A DNA stretch of 64,000 bases, taken from positions 1,302,001 to 1,366,000 of the forward strand of contig CP128817.1 of the NCBI GenBank assembly GCA_051546255.1, written 5' to 3'. A program made the position numbers and the translations under genes. This DNA comes from Meyerozyma guilliermondii (lineage: Eukaryota). Below are positions 22,832 through 33,829 of the stretch, piece by piece. The notes beneath the pieces were generated by a model. It did not search any database and was not told the origin of the DNA. It saw only the letters and a program-made list of their open reading frames with translations. Each line of letters starts with the position of its first letter. Position 1 is the stretch's first letter.

Positions 22832-23617
22832 ATGGTTGACACGCCAAAACAGGAACCTAAGACCCCTAAACCGTTAGCTTCAATCCAGAAGTCGAGATTG
22901 CTCTCTGAAGGTGATGGCATAGACCGGTCGGGTACTCCTCTTAGAACGAGAGTTGCTTCTCCATGCACTTTGAATCCTCCGATTGACAGTGATGGACTTT
23001 CATGGCCATCTTTAGGTGCAAGACAAAGGATAGAGCAGACCGAAGAGGAGTCCAAATCAAGGGAGCTCCGTATAGCTGGTGCCGTTCGTACGATTTTGAC
23101 GGAATTGGGTGAAGATCCAGATCGTGAAGGATTGTTGGAAACTCCCGAAAGATATGCTCGAGCCATGTTGTTTTTCACCAAAGGATATGAGGATAACATT
23201 CGAGATGTGATCAAAAGAGCTGTGTTTGAAGAGGATCATGACGAAATGGTTATTGTTCGTGATATTGAGCTCTACTCATTGTGTGAGCATCACTTGGTTC
23301 CATTTTTCGGTAAGGCTCATATAGGGTATATTCCCAACAAAAGAGTGCTTGGATTGTCGAAGCTTGCCCGGTTGGCAGAAATGTACTGCCGGCGTCTTCA
23401 GGTCCAAGAAAGACTCACAAAACAAATTGCAATGGCACTCAATGAGATGTTGCAACCGCGCGGAGTTGCAGTGGTAATCGAAGCAACTCACATGTGTATG
23501 GTGAGTAGAGGAGTGCAGAAAACTGGGTCTTCCACCACCACCAGTTGCATGCTTGGCTGTTTCCGTAATCAGCAGAAAACGAGAGAGGAATTTTTGACCT
23601 TGCTAGGCAGAAAGTAG
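22832..23617 (+). CDS. FOL2: GTP cyclohydrolase I
   Basis: [35 protein letters not shown] and HMCMVSRG motifs. Confidence 0.97.
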   Translation: MVDTPKQEPKTPKPLASIQKSRLLSEGDGIDRSGTPLRTRVASPCTLNPPIDSDGLSWPSLGARQRIEQTEEESKSRELRIAGAVRTILTELGEDPDREGLLETPERYARAMLFFTKGYEDNIRDVIKRAVFEEDHDEMVIVRDIELYSLCEHHLVPFFGKAHIGYIPNKRVLGLSKLARLAEMYCRRLQVQERLTKQIAMALNEMLQPRGVAVVIEATHMCMVSRGVQKTGSSTTTSCMLGCFRNQQKTREEFLTLLGRK

Positions 23618-23715
23618 ACATGGCTTTTTCAACAAGTTAGCCCGGCATGATTAACGACGTTATGACATTCAACATTTCATAGGTTAACCCTGATACACAG
23701 AGGTGGTCAATTAGA

Positions 23716-25128
23716 TTAGTTATATGTACAATTTAGACTGAGTGTTTTTGCAACCTTGAGGACGGTTTCATCGTCACCAAACTGACCCATGATTTGAATA
23801 CCTTGTCTGCTGTAGTATGGTATTGAGATGCTGGGGAGCCCAGCCAACGAAGCGGGAACGGTGAGAATGTCGTTGATGTATGCATTAAGAAAGTTTTCGT
23901 TGGTCTCTTGGGTGTACTCTGCCAAACTTGGCGCTGGTGAGACTGCTGTGGGACACAATAAAGCACAACAGCCGTCTCTATTGTAAACCTCATTATCAAA
24001 CAACACATTGGGCATGGAGAACACCTTGTTAAATTCGGCTACCAAATTCTTTCTGACATGTGTAGCCCGCAAGTAGTGGTTTCCCGAGTCTGAAGAAAGC
24101 GTATAATTGCCCAAAATGATTCTGCGTTGAACTTCGCTTCCAAATGCTGTGGATCTATTTTTCGATACGATATCAAAAGGTGTCATAGAAGCAGTTTCCT
24201 CCGAAGAGATTGAGTAGCCGTATCGAACACCCTCATACCGAGAAAGGTTGGAGGCAGCTTCAGCTGTTGCAATTGTATAATATGCCAGCAACAGTTTCTT
24301 GATTGTGGGAATGGAAATGTATCGAATTTCATAGCCCTCATCAACAAGTGCACAAAGCGCCAGGTTCCACGCATCCTTAGCTTCTTCAGTCATTTCCGCC
24401 ACGACAAATTCTTCTGGGACTCCTATCACCTTGGAAGATTGCAAGTTCTTTTGGTGGGAAATTTGGTGTCTAATAGATGCATCGAAGCAAGTTGGATCTT
24501 TTGAATCAGCGACGTCTAGAACGTCGAAGACCGATCTCACCGTGTCTAAATCCCGCGCAAATATACCCACTGTGTCAAGACTCTGTGCATATGCTATAAC
24601 TCCCCACCGAGATATTCTTCCGTAAGTGGGCTTGAATCCATATACTCCACAGTAGCTTGCTGGTAACCTCACTGAACCTCCCGTATCAGTACCCAAGGCA
24701 AAGTCCGCTTCTCGCAATGCAACCGCAGCGGCAGAGCCTCCAGAAGAGCCTCCACTTATATGGTTTTCAGGAAACATGGGGTTGACGACACTACCGAATG
24801 CCGAGTTGGTGTTTGAAGATCCCATACCAAACTCGTCCATATTGGTCTTTCCTACTACTTTGGCACCAGAAGCCTCTATTAACGACACAGTGGTAGCATC
24901 GAAAGGACTCACATACGTCCGTAGCATTTCCGAACCACTTGTAGTGGGTTCTTTCGTTGTGACAAAGTTATCTTTCACAGCAGCCTTAAGTCCTGCTAGA
25001 CTACCAGACGAATTTGTTTCCTCCTTTCTTTTACTAATGAATGCATTATGGTTGTCTTTCGTAAGCTGATTTGAATACCTCCGCAAGGAAATCGGAACTC
25101 TATATCGAGATCGTAAAAGGGCTCTCAT
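23716..25128 (-). CDS. HER2: Mitochondrial glutamyl-tRNA(Gln) amidotransferase subunit A
   Basis: Amidase signature GKTNMDEFGMG, GGSSGGSAAAV, GTDTGGSVR and EVQRRIILG. ATG at 25128 begins an Arg-rich presequence. Confidence 0.93.
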   Translation of the reverse strand: MRALLRSRYRVPISLRRYSNQLTKDNHNAFISKRKEETNSSGSLAGLKAAVKDNFVTTKEPTTSGSEMLRTYVSPFDATTVSLIEASGAKVVGKTNMDEFGMGSSNTNSAFGSVVNPMFPENHISGGSSGGSAAAVALREADFALGTDTGGSVRLPASYCGVYGFKPTYGRISRWGVIAYAQSLDTVGIFARDLDTVRSVFDVLDVADSKDPTCFDASIRHQISHQKNLQSSKVIGVPEEFVVAEMTEEAKDAWNLALCALVDEGYEIRYISIPTIKKLLLAYYTIATAEAASNLSRYEGVRYGYSISSEETASMTPFDIVSKNRSTAFGSEVQRRIILGNYTLSSDSGNHYLRATHVRKNLVAEFNKVFSMPNVLFDNEVYNRDGCCALLCPTAVSPAPSLAEYTQETNENFLNAYINDILTVPASLAGLPSISIPYYSRQGIQIMGQFGDDETVLKVAKTLSLNCTYN

Positions 25129-25248
25129 GGCAATCGCCGTTTCGCAGCTAGAGTTGGTTTTCGCAGCTTTCACACCAGTACATCGCGCGCTTGGAAAATC
25201 TGACTGAGTCTTACAAGAAAAGAAGTGGATTAACCATAGAACCTAATT

Positions 25249-27504
25249 ATGTCGCTGACAGTCATCTACGGTGATCGCGGTTCCGATCTCTTGGCTCTCG
25301 CTAGCAACCTCAAGGTGTGCATCGGAGCTTTAGTTTTTCAAGGTGGTATTCAGGTTGAGTTGGGTGAAGATGAGTCACACACTGGTTTGAAAGATCTGAA
25401 AACTGGCTTCAGATTATTGGAAAGCAATGCTATCGTCAAGTACTTGGCCAAGGACTTTAAGCGGACGGAGGCCATTGAGTTCGAAGAGACCAAGTTGTAT
25501 CAGGCTTTGAAATCGAACCAAAAGGAACAAATCATGGCTCTTTCTGATCTCCTCCCAGATTTTGCTGATAATCAGGAAATCACCGCCGAGAAGGTAATCA
25601 TATTTTCGGCGTTATATGTTACTGGAGGTGAGAATATTAAGCAAAAAGAGTGGTTCGAAAAGTTTGCAACTTTACCAAAGGTTAAAGAGGGTATTACCAG
25701 CGCTCTTCTCATCACTACAATCGAGAGACTTAAGAATACTAATACCGGAACACAGAAGGTGAAATCTGGATTCGGTGTTAAAGCCAGAGACGAGAGCTTG
25801 TTGCCTAAGAAAAACGAGAGAAACATACTTATTACTTCTGCTTTGCCTTATGTTAACAATGTCCCTCATTTGGGTAACATTGTGGGCTCGGTGTTATCCG
25901 CTGACATTTATGCCAAATACGTTCAGAACAGAAACTACAACTCTTTGTTCATTTGTGGAACTGATGAGTACGGTACCGCTACTGAAACTAAAGCTTTAGA
26001 GGAAAAAGTCACTCCTCAAGAATTGTGCGACAAATACCACAAGGTGCATAAGGACGTATACGATTGGTTCGACATAAATTTCGACCATTTTGGAAGAACT
26101 ACAACTCCTCAACAAACGGAAATCGCCCAAGATATTTTCCTCAAATTGTACAACAATGGTTACTTGGAAGAGAAGACCACAGAACAGTTATACTGTGAAG
26201 AGCATAAATCTTTCTTAGCCGATAGATTCGTGGAAGGAACTTGTCCCAAGTGTGGGTATGAGGATGCTAGAGGTGATCAATGTGACAAATGTGGCAATTT
26301 GCTTGATCCATTTGAATTGATCAACCCTCGTTGTAAACTCGATAACGCCAAGCCTATTCCAAGAAACTCAACTCACATTTATCTCAAGTTGGGAGATCTC
26401 CAAGGAGAATTAAAAGAATGGTTTGAGAAGGCTTCAACTGATGGAAAATGGTCTAAGAATGCAGTCCAGATCACCTCATCGTGGATAAATAGAGGTCTTG
26501 AATCAAGGTGTATTACTCGTGATTTGTTTTGGGGAACTCCTGTACCACTTAAAAATTACCACGATAAAGTGTTGTACGTGTGGTTCGATGCAACAATTGG
26601 GTACGTTTCCATTACTGCAAACTACTTCAAAGACAAGAACACTGAAGATTGGCTCAAATGGTGGAAGAACCCAGAGCATGTTGACTTGTACCAATTCATG
26701 GGTAAGGACAACGTTCCATTCCACACTGTGGTTTTCCCATCATCTCAAATCGGTACTAGAGATAATTGGACCAAGTTGCACCATCTTAGTACGACTGAGT
26801 ATTTACAGTATGAAGGTGGAAAATTTTCGAAATCAAGAGGCGTGGGAGTTTTCGGCAACAACGCCAAAGAGACTGGCATTACACCCTCGGTGTGGAGATA
26901 TTACTTGGCTTCTATTAGGCCTGAAACTTCTGATGCCCAATTCTCTTGGGGCGAATTTGTCACTAGAAACAACTCTGAACTCTTGGCTAATTTGGGTAAC
27001 TTTGTCAACCGTTTGGTCAAGTTTACCATTGCTAAATACAATGGTGTTATTCCTGACTACAAGGTTTCTGAGATCCCTGATTACGCTGTGTTTGAAAAAG
27101 ACGTGAATGAACTTTTGTCGTCGTACATCGAGAACATGGAAGCTGTGAATATTAGAAAGGGTTTAGAACTTGCCATGGCTATTTCCTCGAGAGGAAATTT
27201 GTTCTTGCAAGATAACAAGTTGGACAACACCTTGTACACCAAGTACCCTGCCAAGTCTGATGCAGTTGTTGGTGTGGGCATGAACTTGATCTACTTGGTT
27301 AGTTCCTTAATCTATCCTTTCATGCCATCGACTACCGCTCAAATGAATGAGATTTTGAATGTACCTCCTTTGTCGATTACCAACAAGTTTGAATTAGTAT
27401 TGGAGGCTGGACACTGCATAGGCAAGGCCCAATATTTGTTCCAAAGAATTGATGAGAAGAAGATTGACGAATGGAGAAGTTTGTATGGGGGTAAGCAGGT
27501 GTAG
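25249..27504 (+). CDS. MES1: Cytosolic methionyl-tRNA synthetase
   Basis: PYVNNVPHLGN, zinc knuckle, KFSKS and an N-terminal GST-like domain. Confidence 0.97.
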   Translation: MSLTVIYGDRGSDLLALASNLKVCIGALVFQGGIQVELGEDESHTGLKDLKTGFRLLESNAIVKYLAKDFKRTEAIEFEETKLYQALKSNQKEQIMALSDLLPDFADNQEITAEKVIIFSALYVTGGENIKQKEWFEKFATLPKVKEGITSALLITTIERLKNTNTGTQKVKSGFGVKARDESLLPKKNERNILITSALPYVNNVPHLGNIVGSVLSADIYAKYVQNRNYNSLFICGTDEYGTATETKALEEKVTPQELCDKYHKVHKDVYDWFDINFDHFGRTTTPQQTEIAQDIFLKLYNNGYLEEKTTEQLYCEEHKSFLADRFVEGTCPKCGYEDARGDQCDKCGNLLDPFELINPRCKLDNAKPIPRNSTHIYLKLGDLQGELKEWFEKASTDGKWSKNAVQITSSWINRGLESRCITRDLFWGTPVPLKNYHDKVLYVWFDATIGYVSITANYFKDKNTEDWLKWWKNPEHVDLYQFMGKDNVPFHTVVFPSSQIGTRDNWTKLHHLSTTEYLQYEGGKFSKSRGVGVFGNNAKETGITPSVWRYYLASIRPETSDAQFSWGEFVTRNNSELLANLGNFVNRLVKFTIAKYNGVIPDYKVSEIPDYAVFEKDVNELLSSYIENMEAVNIRKGLELAMAISSRGNLFLQDNKLDNTLYTKYPAKSDAVVGVGMNLIYLVSSLIYPFMPSTTAQMNEILNVPPLSITNKFELVLEAGHCIGKAQYLFQRIDEKKIDEWRSLYGGKQV

Positions 27505-27540
27505 GTAAGTATTAATGTATTGTCATAATAAGATATAGTT

Positions 27541-30500
27541 TCAGTTATCTTCACTTTCAATCAGATCCTCTTCACTTCCAGCAAGCGAAGATGAACTCGA
27601 TTCAATACCGGCTCCCAAATCATTGAAATCAGCCTGGTTCAACTTCAAGTTGGTGGCTTCCCAGTTATTCAATTCTGTTGGCGAAGAAAGATCACCACCA
27701 GTAATCACTCTGATTAATTGTCTCTTGAAATCCTTTGTTTGTTTGTGGAAATCAACATGATCTCTCTTGTATTCTGCTACCTCCGGGGCATGTCCAATAC
27801 TCTGGCCCACACGAACAAGAGTCTCAATACAAGACAGCGAGTTTTTCACGATATCACTGTCGAAGACTAATCTTTTCTTCTCAGCAAGAAGAATGACTGT
27901 AGAACCTCCAAACTTGAAATAGCCTATCTCATCTCCTCTTTTGACTTCATCACCTTCATTTTTGGTTAGAACCGTGGATCCCACCATCATTGCTCCAACG
28001 GCGACCATGACCACCGTTCCAAACTCACGGGTCTTAATGGGAATGATAACTCTCACATTTTCTCCAAACACATCCAACTCTGACCTGATTGCCATTGGGT
28101 TAACTGTGTAATACTCACCCTCAATATACTTTATCTTTCCCACAACACCATCGACGGGGCAATGAAATCTATGATAATCTTGTGGAGCCAACCGGAATAT
28201 AGCTAGCGAACATGCTTCTGGTTTGAACAAATCAGTCAGTTCCAAATTCTCAAAATTACCATTGAAAAGCTTTGCAATGGAGAAGTTTGTACCCTTGATC
28301 CATAGCTGGGTAGCATCCCCAACAGTTGCGAAGGCAGTGCATCTGGAGTCCGCAGGAGAAACAGCAATTCTGCTTTCGTTAGGAGCTTCATTTGGTCTTG
28401 CATCTGGTTTGAGTTTGCGATAAAAGAACTCATTGAAAGTGTTGTAATGTGAAATATCTGGATACAAGCAATCCGATAAATCAAGTTTGTGAAACTTGAT
28501 AAACGATGCAATATCATTTTTCAGATGTGGATGGTCGAATTTGGCACCTTGTTTCACACTGGCTTTATACAAGAGAGCCCTAACACGACGCTTTCTTGCT
28601 TTATCCAAACCTTTGTAAAGAAGACGAATGCCTAGTCTCACATAGACTCCCATCTTTTCTTCCATAATGATTCCAGTCATCCTATCTTGTACGAGAATGT
28701 TTGCCGAGTTACCACCCAATGAATATTTTCCGTACGATATTTTGATCAAAAACTTGGTAAACCACTTCTTCGTTGCAATCTGAGGAGTTACGTAGGATGA
28801 TACCAAAAGCTTGTTGACAATACTCCAGTCCTTTGAAGAGCAGATTGCCACATGGGTGATGATGTCGTTATCTCCTTTCTTGCTCAATTTCTTTTGACAA
28901 CAAATTGGACATTTCTCGATCTCAAAAATCCGAGAATCTTCATCACCTTTAGATCCACTAATATGGTTTTCCAATTCTTCGATAATCTCTGAGTCCTTGA
29001 GCCTGTCGCCTCCCCACGCCAGTTTACCCGAGTTTTCAAAGAACTTGAAAACAATCTCATCACTATTATTGCAACCAAGAGCATCGAGAAAGGATATGAG
29101 CTCGATGTAATCGTAAGAGCCATTGACCTCATTCAACCCATACTGCTCCAACAAAATTTTCCAAAACTGCTTTCTCAATGACAGGTACGGCTCAAATCGT
29201 ACTCGTATCTTCAATCTAGGATTGTACTTTTCTCGGTACTTTTCTTTGTGGATTTGTAATTTGACATCCATGGTTTTGAATTTTGAAGTATCAGCATACA
29301 GGGGTATTACCTTACGTTTATGCCTGAAGCCTCTTTTCTTCAAATGGTGGACAATATTGTCATCCTCCAAAACCTCAAAATTAGAGTTGGCAGTGGAGGA
29401 ATCGTAGCCCGAATCTGACACCACAAACGACAGCATGGACTCCTCATTACCTTCACTCATGTACATGGGATTTTGAGACAAGGCACTGCTTGCCGCCGTT
29501 GCCATAGCAGTTATATCTTTCATCAGGACCGAGCCATCAGCGACTTCATCGTGAAAGGAAAAATGGTCCTTGTCAAGTACCGAAAACAGCACATTGAAAT
29601 TGGATTCATGAGGTAGAACTTCGAATGCAAGACGTTCATTAAAGATAGGGTTTAACGTATGCCTCTTCCAACTTGTTCTGAATGTCTTTTTCCCGAAAGT
29701 GACCACCACAAATGGATCCATGTCAAAAGTGGTTCGAGTTATGTTAGTCAATGGAGGTAGATCGCTGCACGAAACAATCTCAAGAAATAATACACCAAGC
29801 ACAGAACGGTTTGCTAACCCGAAATTTTTCGTACGTTGGTCCAGGCTTCGTCTGAACATTTTCTTTCTCTCCCGAGATCTGCGTTTGATGTCTTTGGCCG
29901 AATGGCTCTCACTTGGTATCTCAGCACTTGAATTGTCACTCGACACCATCGAGCTATCGGATAGATCTGAACCTACAATACTCAGCATTGTTGAGTCCGG
30001 AACCACTACAGGGATAAGAGCATTATCCAGGTTTATGCTGCGTCCATCATTCAAAGAAGAAGGAGCAGATACTGGTAGAATTGAGTCGATATCTGAAATG
30101 TCTCCATTTGGCAAGTCTGCAGCAGATGCTTCTGTGTAAAACCCTTGATCGTCAGGAAATAGCACAGCAGGATCAGGATCTGGGTATACAAGACTCTTCT
30201 GCCATACATCAAACATGCCTTCTAGTTCTTGATAGTTGGTCATGACTGGAGTAATTTCTGTATCTGAAAGACTTAGTTGATCCATCTGTTCATAAAGGTC
30301 TCGAGTGGGCTCACGAGAAGGTGGAATTATCTGAACGGCGACGCCAGCATCTGTATCAAGTTTCCGTCCTGGTTCCTTCTCTCCCTTGGAGGACTTTTTG
30401 GTTTTTTTACCGGTGACAAGTTCGAAGGAAAGAAGAACCGAGCCAGTGACAAATGAACGATATTCGCTATTTGAGTAGAGTTTATACCATTTCGGGTCAC

Positions 30501-30888
30501 ATGTTGGTGTGAATTGTCCATCCTTAGTAAATAGATCTCTCAAACTTACTCTTAACTCGCCAAGGTATGTCTTGCTTCGGTTGTATCTGTCCCATACTGT
30601 GAAATTTACCACTGGAGAATATGCATTGAGTTTCATAGGAAGTAAAAGTATATTGTCCCATGAAGGGTGGTTTGTCCTTGAACGCTTGGAGGTTCGTTTC
30701 TTGGAATCGTTGAGCTGAGCGACAAGAACTGGGCTGGCTTTACTACGTTTTTGTTTCAGGGCAGCATCGTCGACCGATCCACAGCTGAAACTTGGATCCA
30801 GAACCAAGTCTGCTGCTCGATCCACCTTGATCTTGACGTAGAGCTGAAGCTTCTTTGACGATTTTTCTTTTCTTTTAAGAAGCCTCAT
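27541..30888 (-). CDS. PSD2: Phosphatidylserine decarboxylase 2
   Basis: Two C2 domains, FNEFFYRKLK, RLAPQDYHRFH and the GGST autocleavage motif. Confidence 0.95.
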   Translation of the reverse strand: MRLLKRKEKSSKKLQLYVKIKVDRAADLVLDPSFSCGSVDDAALKQKRSKASPVLVAQLNDSKKRTSKRSRTNHPSWDNILLLPMKLNAYSPVVNFTVWDRYNRSKTYLGELRVSLRDLFTKDGQFTPTCDPKWYKLYSNSEYRSFVTGSVLLSFELVTGKKTKKSSKGEKEPGRKLDTDAGVAVQIIPPSREPTRDLYEQMDQLSLSDTEITPVMTNYQELEGMFDVWQKSLVYPDPDPAVLFPDDQGFYTEASAADLPNGDISDIDSILPVSAPSSLNDGRSINLDNALIPVVVPDSTMLSIVGSDLSDSSMVSSDNSSAEIPSESHSAKDIKRRSRERKKMFRRSLDQRTKNFGLANRSVLGVLFLEIVSCSDLPPLTNITRTTFDMDPFVVVTFGKKTFRTSWKRHTLNPIFNERLAFEVLPHESNFNVLFSVLDKDHFSFHDEVADGSVLMKDITAMATAASSALSQNPMYMSEGNEESMLSFVVSDSGYDSSTANSNFEVLEDDNIVHHLKKRGFRHKRKVIPLYADTSKFKTMDVKLQIHKEKYREKYNPRLKIRVRFEPYLSLRKQFWKILLEQYGLNEVNGSYDYIELISFLDALGCNNSDEIVFKFFENSGKLAWGGDRLKDSEIIEELENHISGSKGDEDSRIFEIEKCPICCQKKLSKKGDNDIITHVAICSSKDWSIVNKLLVSSYVTPQIATKKWFTKFLIKISYGKYSLGGNSANILVQDRMTGIIMEEKMGVYVRLGIRLLYKGLDKARKRRVRALLYKASVKQGAKFDHPHLKNDIASFIKFHKLDLSDCLYPDISHYNTFNEFFYRKLKPDARPNEAPNESRIAVSPADSRCTAFATVGDATQLWIKGTNFSIAKLFNGNFENLELTDLFKPEACSLAIFRLAPQDYHRFHCPVDGVVGKIKYIEGEYYTVNPMAIRSELDVFGENVRVIIPIKTREFGTVVMVAVGAMMVGSTVLTKNEGDEVKRGDEIGYFKFGGSTVILLAEKKRLVFDSDIVKNSLSCIETLVRVGQSIGHAPEVAEYKRDHVDFHKQTKDFKRQLIRVITGGDLSSPTELNNWEATNLKLNQADFNDLGAGIESSSSSLAGSEEDLIESEDN

Positions 30889-31022
30889 GGTAATTTGAGG
30901 GAATTGGGTGAGGTACTAGTTCCAGTATCACAGAAAGCGGCTTATGGGGAAGTTTGAAAAGACGATTACCTAATTAGGACAGAGGACCCCGATTGTTCCA
31001 GATTACCACTTTAGACTATATA

Positions 31023-32612
31023 TCATCTCATTAATGCATCCACAACGCTCTTGACACTCAAACGCTTGATGTCAGTGTATACTTGTCCCGTTCCTACAAA
31101 AAGAATGGGAACTTTGGTGGCCATCACCATATTAATCATCGACCCCACCAAATCTCCAACGGTGTCTACCTTTGAAATGATGAAAAAATCCAAGCTTCTC
31201 CGGTTACCAAAGGCATTGTTGAAGTTGACTGCTTGCTCGACCGAGTCTGTGCCCACGAGCGCTTCTCCAACCATAATGATTTTGTTGGGATTTGCAGCAT
31301 CTCCAAACTTTTTCAACGGAGCCATGAGTTTCGCATTAGAATGAGTCCGACCAGCAGTATCTATCAAAACGATGTCAAACCCTTCTGCTCCCGCAAATTC
31401 TATAGCCAGCTTGGCGGTGGCAACTACATGGTCTCCTCCTCCATAGCCCTTTTCGAAGATGTCAATTTTGGTGTTGGTGGTGGTGTTAAGTCTCTTGAGA
31501 TTGTTAACATGAACCTTGAGCTGCTCTACAGCACCCGATCTGAAGGTATCACAAGCACAGATGAGAACGTTCAAGTTGTTTTGAAGAAACCAGTATGCTA
31601 ATTTTGCAAGATTGGTGGACTTGCCCACTCCATTGACTCCCACCACTGAAATAACGTAAGGACGAGAATTGGAAGTGGAGCTATTTCGCTTCACGTCGTA
31701 TAAGAGATCAGTAGAGACATTGGGAGTCAAGATCTTGGTGAGCTCTACCGTCAATGCTCGCTTGTAATCCTTCAATGTTACCTTTTTACCCTTAAGTTCG
31801 TGGTTAAGTTTGTCGGTGATGGTTTTGGCAGTGGCAGGAGCAATGTTCTTGGAGATAAATTGATCGGTAAATGTCTTTGAAACTTCATCAAGGTCAATGG
31901 GACCTCCGAAATAAGATGATATCTTGCCGAAAAATCCCGATTTCTTGCTCACTTCGTCAGATGGTACATCTTCATCTAGTATATCATTGAGTTCGTTGAC
32001 AAGAACCAAGTCGTCCTGTTGACTAAAAGCGTCCCCGCTGACGAGTGAATCGGTATTTATAGCAGAATCATCACCAGCCTTGCCCTCTGAGTAGTCCAAA
32101 ACTTCGTTGGCATTTACTTCCACCATCTGATTACCATCCCATTTTCTCATCGTTTTTTTAGTTTGACTCTGTACCTTTTTGGGGGTCGATGTGCCACTAT
32201 TTGTCTTACTTTCCGGCCCTGATTCCAAGGACTGAGCTACCTTTGCGGCCTGCAGCAATTTCATGAGTTGGTTGAACTGATAATCAATAAGCTTTTGCAA
32301 CTTTTCAGACCGATCCGACAGCTCCTCTTCGGTCACCTTTAAGTAGATTTTCAACACATCAACTAAACAAGATTTGATCTTGTCACTATCAAGAGTGGAC
32401 ACTGCATCAAAGTATATGGCAGCATATGTATTTTTGCGTTTCAAACAGTATAGACGTTTTTGGTTGATGGTGGAAGTGAAGAAATCAGGCTCGAGTTCCG
32501 TACAAGTTCCATTGACGATTTCGGAAATGAAGTCGTTAAACGGGGAGAGTTTATTGTTGTATTTGTAAAGCACCGAGCCAGAAGGTGCAAAAATGACGAG
32601 GGATTGTGACAT
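31023..32612 (-). CDS. SRP101: SRP receptor alpha subunit
   Basis: GVNGVGKST, DTFRSGAVEQL, DTAGR and GTGQ motifs. Confidence 0.95.
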   Translation of the reverse strand: MSQSLVIFAPSGSVLYKYNNKLSPFNDFISEIVNGTCTELEPDFFTSTINQKRLYCLKRKNTYAAIYFDAVSTLDSDKIKSCLVDVLKIYLKVTEEELSDRSEKLQKLIDYQFNQLMKLLQAAKVAQSLESGPESKTNSGTSTPKKVQSQTKKTMRKWDGNQMVEVNANEVLDYSEGKAGDDSAINTDSLVSGDAFSQQDDLVLVNELNDILDEDVPSDEVSKKSGFFGKISSYFGGPIDLDEVSKTFTDQFISKNIAPATAKTITDKLNHELKGKKVTLKDYKRALTVELTKILTPNVSTDLLYDVKRNSSTSNSRPYVISVVGVNGVGKSTNLAKLAYWFLQNNLNVLICACDTFRSGAVEQLKVHVNNLKRLNTTTNTKIDIFEKGYGGGDHVVATAKLAIEFAGAEGFDIVLIDTAGRTHSNAKLMAPLKKFGDAANPNKIIMVGEALVGTDSVEQAVNFNNAFGNRRSLDFFIISKVDTVGDLVGSMINMVMATKVPILFVGTGQVYTDIKRLSVKSVVDALMR

Positions 32613-32676
32613 TAGGGGATATTAGTTTGTGGCTTCGTACAATACGATGGTGGAGATCGCACTTAAAAAAAAATAA

Positions 32677-32768
32677 CGTCACAGACAGGATTCGAACCTG
32701 CGCAGGTAAAACCCAACGCCTAAGCTGCTAATAGCAGGGCGTCGCCTTAACCACTCGGCCACTGTAAC
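32677..32768 (-). tRNA. tRNA-Ser(GCT) with a 10-nt intron (32722-32731)
   Basis: Minus strand reads GTTACAGTGGCCGAGTGGTTAAGGCGACGCCCTGCTA[TTAGCAGCTT]AGGCGTTGGGTTTTACCTGCGCAGGTTCGAATCCTGTCTGTGACG. It has a long variable arm and a T9 terminator. Confidence 0.95.
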
Positions 32769-33040
32769 GGTAGTAATCAGTTAGTGCGAGAAAAATACAC
32801 ATAACCAGCTAGGCAGCCGGCGAAAGTGCGCGCGACCCATTTGACAGATCTCGAGTGTCTTCTTACGACTATTTAATTCAAAAACTAAAAGACACGCACT
32901 TGGTCTCAGAAAGGCCCCAGCAGCTCAATCACATACATTAGAAGTGCAGGAAGCCGCCATACTAGCTTTTTGCAAATAAATTATTTTTTTTGTCTTGCCA
33001 TTAAGAACCACACTTCCACCAACCTTTCAATACTTTCATA

Positions 33041-33799
33041 ATGGCTTATTACCAGCAAGTGCAGAACCCCCAGAACTTGCAGTTCTACCAATCACAGTAC
33101 GGAAACTCCTTCCAGCAACAAGCCAGTCAGCCGTCGGGCCCAATGGGCAGTATTGACCACGGATTCGGAGGAGCAAACGTCGATGTCAGCGGCGAAATTG
33201 GAGGTGGGGAACTTACAACCGGTATATTTGCGGCATTCGGAGCTTCAGGATACCCCAACGAGCCTCCACTTTTGGAAGAGCTTGGTATCAACTTTTCGCA
33301 TATCAAAGGTAAAACTTTGACGGTGTTGAACCCTTTCAACAAGAATATAAGCCCGGATATCATGAAAGATTCCGATTTGGCGGGTCCCATATTATTCGTC
33401 TTGCTCTTTGGAATATTACTATTGTTGGCTGGAAAGGTCCAATTTGGCTACATTTATGGTGTTGGACTCTTTGGCATTATCAGTTTGCACTACTTGTTCA
33501 AACTTATGAGTAACGATGTGTCGCTCGATATCGTCAGATCTGCATCAGTGATTGGCTACTGTCTACTTCCTCTCGTACTTGTTAGTGTCGTTGGAGTGGT
33601 GGTCAATCTTGATAATTTGGCAGGTTACATTCTCAGTGCGATTGCAGTTTTCTGGTGCACATTTTCGGCATCCGGGTTCTTTGTTGCAGTTATGAAACTC
33701 CACAATGTCCGTCCTTTGATTGCATACCCATTGGCTTTATTTTACTCTGTGTTTGCATTAATGGCCATATTTGTGGAAAAGACAGATTTAGGTATTTAA
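33041..33799 (+). CDS. YIP1: ER-Golgi transport membrane protein Yip1
   Basis: EPPLLEELGIN, DSDLAGP, FGYIYG and GYCLLP motifs. Confidence 0.95.
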   Translation: MAYYQQVQNPQNLQFYQSQYGNSFQQQASQPSGPMGSIDHGFGGANVDVSGEIGGGELTTGIFAAFGASGYPNEPPLLEELGINFSHIKGKTLTVLNPFNKNISPDIMKDSDLAGPILFVLLFGILLLLAGKVQFGYIYGVGLFGIISLHYLFKLMSNDVSLDIVRSASVIGYCLLPLVLVSVVGVVVNLDNLAGYILSAIAVFWCTFSASGFFVAVMKLHNVRPLIAYPLALFYSVFALMAIFVEKTDLGI

Positions 33800-33829
33800 T
33801 AAATTCGCACCGTAAAACTCAAAAACTAA

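Noticed and set aside
32722..32731. CAG triplet suggesting the tRNA-Ser(CAG) that decodes CUG
   Set aside because: The CAG lies in the intron. The anticodon at positions 34-36 is GCT.
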